Position numbers and translations under genes: made by a program
In this document: piece by piece, positions 49,565 through 64,000 of the stretch
Position numbering within the stretch: the stretch's first letter is position 1
Layout of the letters: each line of letters begins with the position of its first letter
NCBI GenBank assembly: GCA_000934665.2
Contig: KZ538472.1
Span: forward strand, 1 to 64,000
DNA length: 64,000 nt
Reading direction: 5' to 3'
DNA from: Catajapyx aquilonaris
Lineage: Eukaryota
Notes under the pieces: model-generated
What the model saw: the letters and a program-made list of their open reading frames with translations, nothing else
Databases searched by the model: none
Told to the model about the DNA's origin: nothing

Positions 49565-50897
49565 TATTTGAAAAGTGACTGTTAAAATTTTCATTGTCGA
49601 ATAGCCCTGCATTTGAATACGGCAGTCATTTTCAGTCCAGAATCCATACACAACTTTTGACACCCCGTGCGATTTAATCGGACAAATTTCGTTTGTTTCG
49701 CTCCACCCTACTGTAGAGCGTGAATGTAAAAGTATATATCGTCACTCGGTGTTACTTCAACCGGAGGAGTAACTAAAGCCATTTTGCTGCGTAAATTTCG
49801 GACACTGATTTTGGCAACACTGTTTTGAGTTGAAATGTTATCTTGCATGACATAAGTTCCACATGTAGTGCAGTTTTGGACTGCATATTTGAATGTGGTG
49901 TTTGTGTCAAAGGCAACTTTGTAAAATCTTAATTATAATTAGGATAATTGCATCATAAATTTACCCTACGGAACTTTCATTCAACATCTTCTGTTTGAAT
50001 TTAATTCGCTATAAAGATGATGAACATAACCTGAAACAGTCCTTTTAAGGTAGTCATACTGCATAGCTTTTTCCATTTTGGTGTCAATATATACTTAAAA
50101 ATTAATTGCGTCATGTACGAAGTAACATAGGCCACTTGTTCCAAGCCCAGGTGGCAGGAAGCGGGGGGATTAGCTTCTGGGGGTCAGGAGAGTAGTTGCC
50201 TAGTTGGGAGCATTGTTGATGATGAAATGTATGTTCACATATCAGAAATATTGTTTGTTCTGTACAGCCGGTGAGCATAAAGAGAGGCCACCATACTTTC
50301 CCTTATATGAACTGAAATTTTGAATAATCTGGAGCAATATACAAATGTTTATTTTCGCCCTGTGAATGGACTGTTACCGTGTCATTGTCTAACATAAGCC
50401 AAACACGGAATTCTTCCTGCTGGATTTAGTTACCCCCTCTAATTTTTAAAAAATATCATACATGTTGTAGGAAACTTTCATCCATGTGTATGTCGACCGT
50501 AACTGTAGACCCAAGTTTTACAACAATTAGTTAATTTCTGAAGTCAATGCTCTTGAATTGGCAGATGTCTGAAATTGAAAAGTGGCCTAAGTAACCCCGA
50601 ATTACGGTAGCTGTTATTATTTGTAAAATATCTTGTCCTTATCTGCATGTGGAACGGAAGCAAAAAGAATATAGGCAATGGAGGTATAGCTCCTGACGTG
50701 TGGCTGCCCACTCGACGCGACGGGACAATTCTTTTTGAACTGTTGATACCTGATGGTTGAGTTCTCATCGCCCAGATCTAGGTGGTTGGGGCCGAAGGGT
50801 TTAAGGATAATTTTTATGGTCACATGCGATTCCACTATATGCAGGTTTCACTGTACGATCATGCTCCCTGCAGATAAAGATGTTGGGGGGAGGGGGG

Positions 50898-50898
<1 letters not shown>

Positions 50899-50940
<42 letters not shown>
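50899..50940. repeat. (GA)n microsatellite downstream of UGP2
   Basis: Read directly from the sequence. Confidence 0.95.
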
Positions 50941-50941
<1 letters not shown>

Positions 50942-51148
50942 AGACAAGCCCCCGTCGCATTGCACAATCCATTTATTCAAATTCTAACAAGGCTGGCTAT
51001 GTATAAGCACCATGTACAAATTGCACTGATTCCTGAATTTGTATTTTATGTATAGTGTATGTGCCATATGTGTCTACAAAACATCTCTTTTAAAGTTACT
51101 GCTATGATGTATATTTTCTCAGTGGCACCGATTCAAAAATATATTTGG

Positions 51149-60608
<9,460 letters not shown>

Positions 60609-60874
60609 ATCTGCTTTGGCAGGTCACATGCTCGGGAAGTAGGATACGTACATATTAGCAAAGGTACACCCCGGGGAGTAGGCGAGCGTGTTTAGTGCAA
60701 CGGCGGGCGTTTGAATACGCTCTGCTGGAGGCTGAAAGATAACATAGTTTACGCCGGTTTACGCCTCTTTAATTCTAAAGTTATAGTACTTAAATTGTAT
60801 AAAATACAATTACATATAATTGACAAAACAGTCAGTCAATTTTCCGCGAATATTATGAGTAAACGATAAATATA

Positions 60875-61312
60875 CAGGGTGATGGGGAATTCGCGGATAA
60901 TCGCCAGGTAGAAGGATAGTACATGCAAAACTAATATAGGGATATGCAATTAGTTTTTGGCTCCGTTGCGTAGTTAATGCGTACGGCGCCCTTAAAGTGT
61001 AGAGAGCCGGATGGTGGAATATGAGGCAAAAACGACAAAGTGCATAGGTGCCGTACCCAGATTCTTACTCTGACGGGATTTGATCGCCTCTTGCACATGG
61101 ACGATGTGTTAGGGGACCAAGGCAAGGCCCTCGAACTGACTTCGTCTTCTTAGAAGCTGGCGGAACGGATGTGACGTCTCGAAACTTTGACGGCGGCGCC
61201 GTACGCATTAACTATACGCAACGGAGCCCAAAACTAATTGCACATCCCAATATTAGTTTTGTGAGTACTATCAGTCTATCTGGCGATTATCCGCAAGTTT
61301 CCCTTCACCCTG
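60875..61312. mobile_element. MITE family E (opposite orientation)
   Basis: The body is the near reverse complement of 40772-41206, with a TA TSD. Confidence 0.88.
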
Positions 61313-62474
61313 TATGCTGGCAAAACCGGACATGAGGCAAAATGCCAAAAAAGAGGGTAAAACAATAGATGCCACTATTGTTATATGTATATCTGGTTGC
61401 GACACGACTGCATTGAGACACATATCTCTCAATCGTATGTTGGCTAACAATATTGCAATACTACCATATTTAGATCCACTGAGAAAATTGATATTTTGTA
61501 TTGCACAGTCAAGATTTCATTTTCTGCTATTTTGTCTTGTACCACCAAGAGCTCTTGGTACCACTTATTTAATAATTAAAATATGACCTCTAATCTCATA
61601 TTCACCAGTTTTTTAAATTAAATATAAACTTACAATAAAAAGCTGATTACAATGTATCCTACCTTCACAACAAAAAGCCCTATGCCTACCATATAGTTTT
61701 TTCATTCAGAACTGCCCCTTAAAGTTGCCAAGAAAAATCACTGTCAACGAGAGCCACTTTTTTGACATTCTTTCCCTTTCTCGGCCCACTCTATGGTACG
61801 ATGTAAATAATTTCGCCAGTGTAGTTGTAGCCTATGTACCGTAGTAGTAGGCCCTACACGTGTGACTGATGTGAAGACACCTTGTCGAACTATTAAAATG
61901 TAGCATTTTCATTTTGTTGTTGGGTTTCAGTTCAGGTGTACTAGCTGTACCTTGCAACACAATAATCACTGGAAAATTAATTTTACTAATAAATAACATA
62001 CTGTAATCATATAATGCTATTTATTTACTGGTTTATCACCCTGCCTTGATGAATGTACACTACGTTTTTTACATAGGTAGACCCTTCAAGTACCGTACTT
62101 CAAGTGCAGGTAGCAGGTTCAAAGGCGTTCAAAGCTTTTCCCGGTTTTCCTGTCTCTGCGCGCTTCTATAGTGAAGTTGAAGGCGGCAACTCGCGCGCCA
62201 TCTGGACGCAAAATCATGAAGATGTGTAGTCTACTGTCTAGTAGTGTCTACTCCACTCTCCAGTCTTCTCCACTAATCCACTGGCATGGCAGTATGGCAC
62301 GTGGTCTGGCACGGGGCACCATCACGGCACCTTAGACATAAACTGTACTCGGTGTGTCCGGCTGGTGTCCGGCTTCAGGTGTCTGCCGTCCAGGACTTCA
62401 GTCACCAGTCGGGTCAGACGCTGATCTACTGCCTGTTGAAGTACTGAAGGGCATGCCTACTGACGAAGTTTATC

Positions 62475-62946
62475 ATGTGTATAATAGTGCTTATACGTAC
62501 GGGCCTGCGCTTGTTTATTGACCAACTCGTCAGATTGGCTGGCTGCCACTACCATTTTCAACAATTGGCGCGGCACGTTTTAAGTGAGCGCACCAAAAGC
62601 CCGACCCTTGACGATATAGAAATTTTGCTAGAAACTGAACACTTTTTGCTAGTAAACAAGCATTTCGACGTTTTGATAAATAGCGACGATCCAAACCAAA
62701 GGGTGACACTTCAGCATCAGGTGCATCACTTGTATCCAAATCTAGCCAACCAGGCTCTCAAATATGGATTTTATTTTGCACACCGCCTTGACTTTGCAAC
62801 AAGTGGTGTGATCTGTGTGGCCAAGACAAAGGCTGCCTGCCGGGCTGCCACTGAGGCCTTTGAGAAGAGGAGGGTTACGAAGCTGTATGTTGCAGTGCTA
62901 CGAGGACATGTTTCACACGATCTAATCAGCATCGAGTTTTCCATTG
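62475..62946 (+). CDS. RPUSD1: RluA-family RNA pseudouridine synthase (RPUSD1-like), first coding exon; the remainder is not found in this window
   Basis: Contains LLVNK, the catalytic motif HRLDFATSG and VTKLYVAVLRGH. A donor ATTG|GTAATT lies at 62946, after which similarity is lost. Confidence 0.88.
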
Positions 62947-63213
62947 GTAATTGCTGTACTTGCTTAAAGGCCAGCTGGCATAACTTTGTGGATGACTGCT
63001 CCAAGCTCCTCCATTCACTAATTCCATTCCCTCCAGATGATGGGCTACATATGAATTTACTATCAACTGCCCATGCCAAGAAGTGACATGTTGAGCATTC
63101 CCACACTTCCACTTCTTTTATTTAATCACTCTGCAATGAAATTCATTATTATAAAATAGCCTCATGTCACATGATGAGGAATATAAACTGTCCTAATATT
63201 GTTTCGAATATAT

Positions 63214-63570
63214 ACGTGGTGCATCTGAAAAGTTCAGTGAATGTTACAATAAAAGGTACAAAACAAAAGGTGAATTGGAATTACCTTTATTAGCCCTCAA
63301 AGTGCTCTCCATCAGACACAACACACTTTTAAAATCGTTCGTAAGCCTTCTGAGAACAGCTAGAAAATTTTATCTTTGGACCCTCTCCAGATTTGTTGTC
63401 ACACGGCCGTGCACGGGTCTGAATGTCCGTTAAGCGCGATCCATTCATTCAAGGCTATTAAACATAAAAAAGTCCATAGGTGAAAGGTCAGTGGAGTACA
63501 GTAGGTGATTCAAAACAGTAACACTACACTGAGCCTTAAAGGCCTTTGAAGGCCAATGAAGATAATTCCT
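63214..63570 (-). pseudogene. Decayed mariner transposase 3' fragment with TIR
   Basis: Minus-strand HLLYSTDLSPMDFFMF resembles mariner HPPYSPDLAPxDFFLF. A TA-CGTGGTG..TCTGAAAAGT end lies at 63213. Confidence 0.65.
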
Positions 63571-64000
63571 ATGTACCTTCTGTTTTGTTGCTTTTATTGT
63601 AACAGTCACCAAACTTTTTAGACACACCACGTAGTTTGCACAACATGACACTACACCATTGAAATTCTAGCCTATCAACCAAACTGTAGGAATCCCTGAG
63701 AGATGAGATCTACCATGTTAAGTTGGTGGTACCAGCCACAAAGGTAGAAATGCAAGACTATGCCTATGAGTGTGCTCTGGAAGGGAATATATAAAAATTA
63801 AGTAGGATAGTTCTTGATAATATTTAACCATGCCTCATCATGTGTAGCACCATCACAAGAGGTACCAGTACTAAAAAATAACTTGCTTGCCATACCCTTG
63901 TACTGGAGCAGTGTTGGCACATATACGAGGGTCGTTCGGAAAAGAGCCGCACTCGATTTATTGTCGCGGCATACATGGCTGCATGAAGTTGGCATTTGCC

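Overview
This is eukaryotic, intron-rich genomic DNA, most likely from an arthropod (hexapod-like), with small assembly gaps. I reconstructed four complete spliced genes by hand from GT-AG junctions and reading-frame phase. They are Paf1 (minus, 5 exons, ~516 aa), Med29/intersex (plus, 4 exons, ~193 aa), an LC3-subfamily Atg8 protein (minus, 4 exons, 132 aa, ending Gly-stop) and UDP-glucose pyrophosphorylase UGP2 (minus, 7 exons, ~507 aa, with two candidate first exons). The window also holds the first exon of a RluA/RPUSD1-type pseudouridine synthase (plus) and a probable first coding exon of a type II membrane protein (minus, ~8.6 kb). Introns and intergenic DNA are packed with non-autonomous mobile elements: several tRNA-headed SINE families, many palindromic MITEs (Tc1/mariner-, Harbinger-, hAT- and piggyBac-type ends) and decayed mariner, hAT and Sola-like transposases, often nested. 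The most notable observations are a head-to-head Paf1-Med29 pair matching the human arrangement, Med29 and LC3 stop codons only 84 bp apart, modular SINEs sharing one 3' tail, a fold-back mariner inside a Paf1 intron and a duplicated Paf1 3'-UTR block. I found no evidence of CRISPR arrays, rRNA or bona fide tRNA genes, or a new protein-coding system. All family assignments rest on motif recognition, not database searches.
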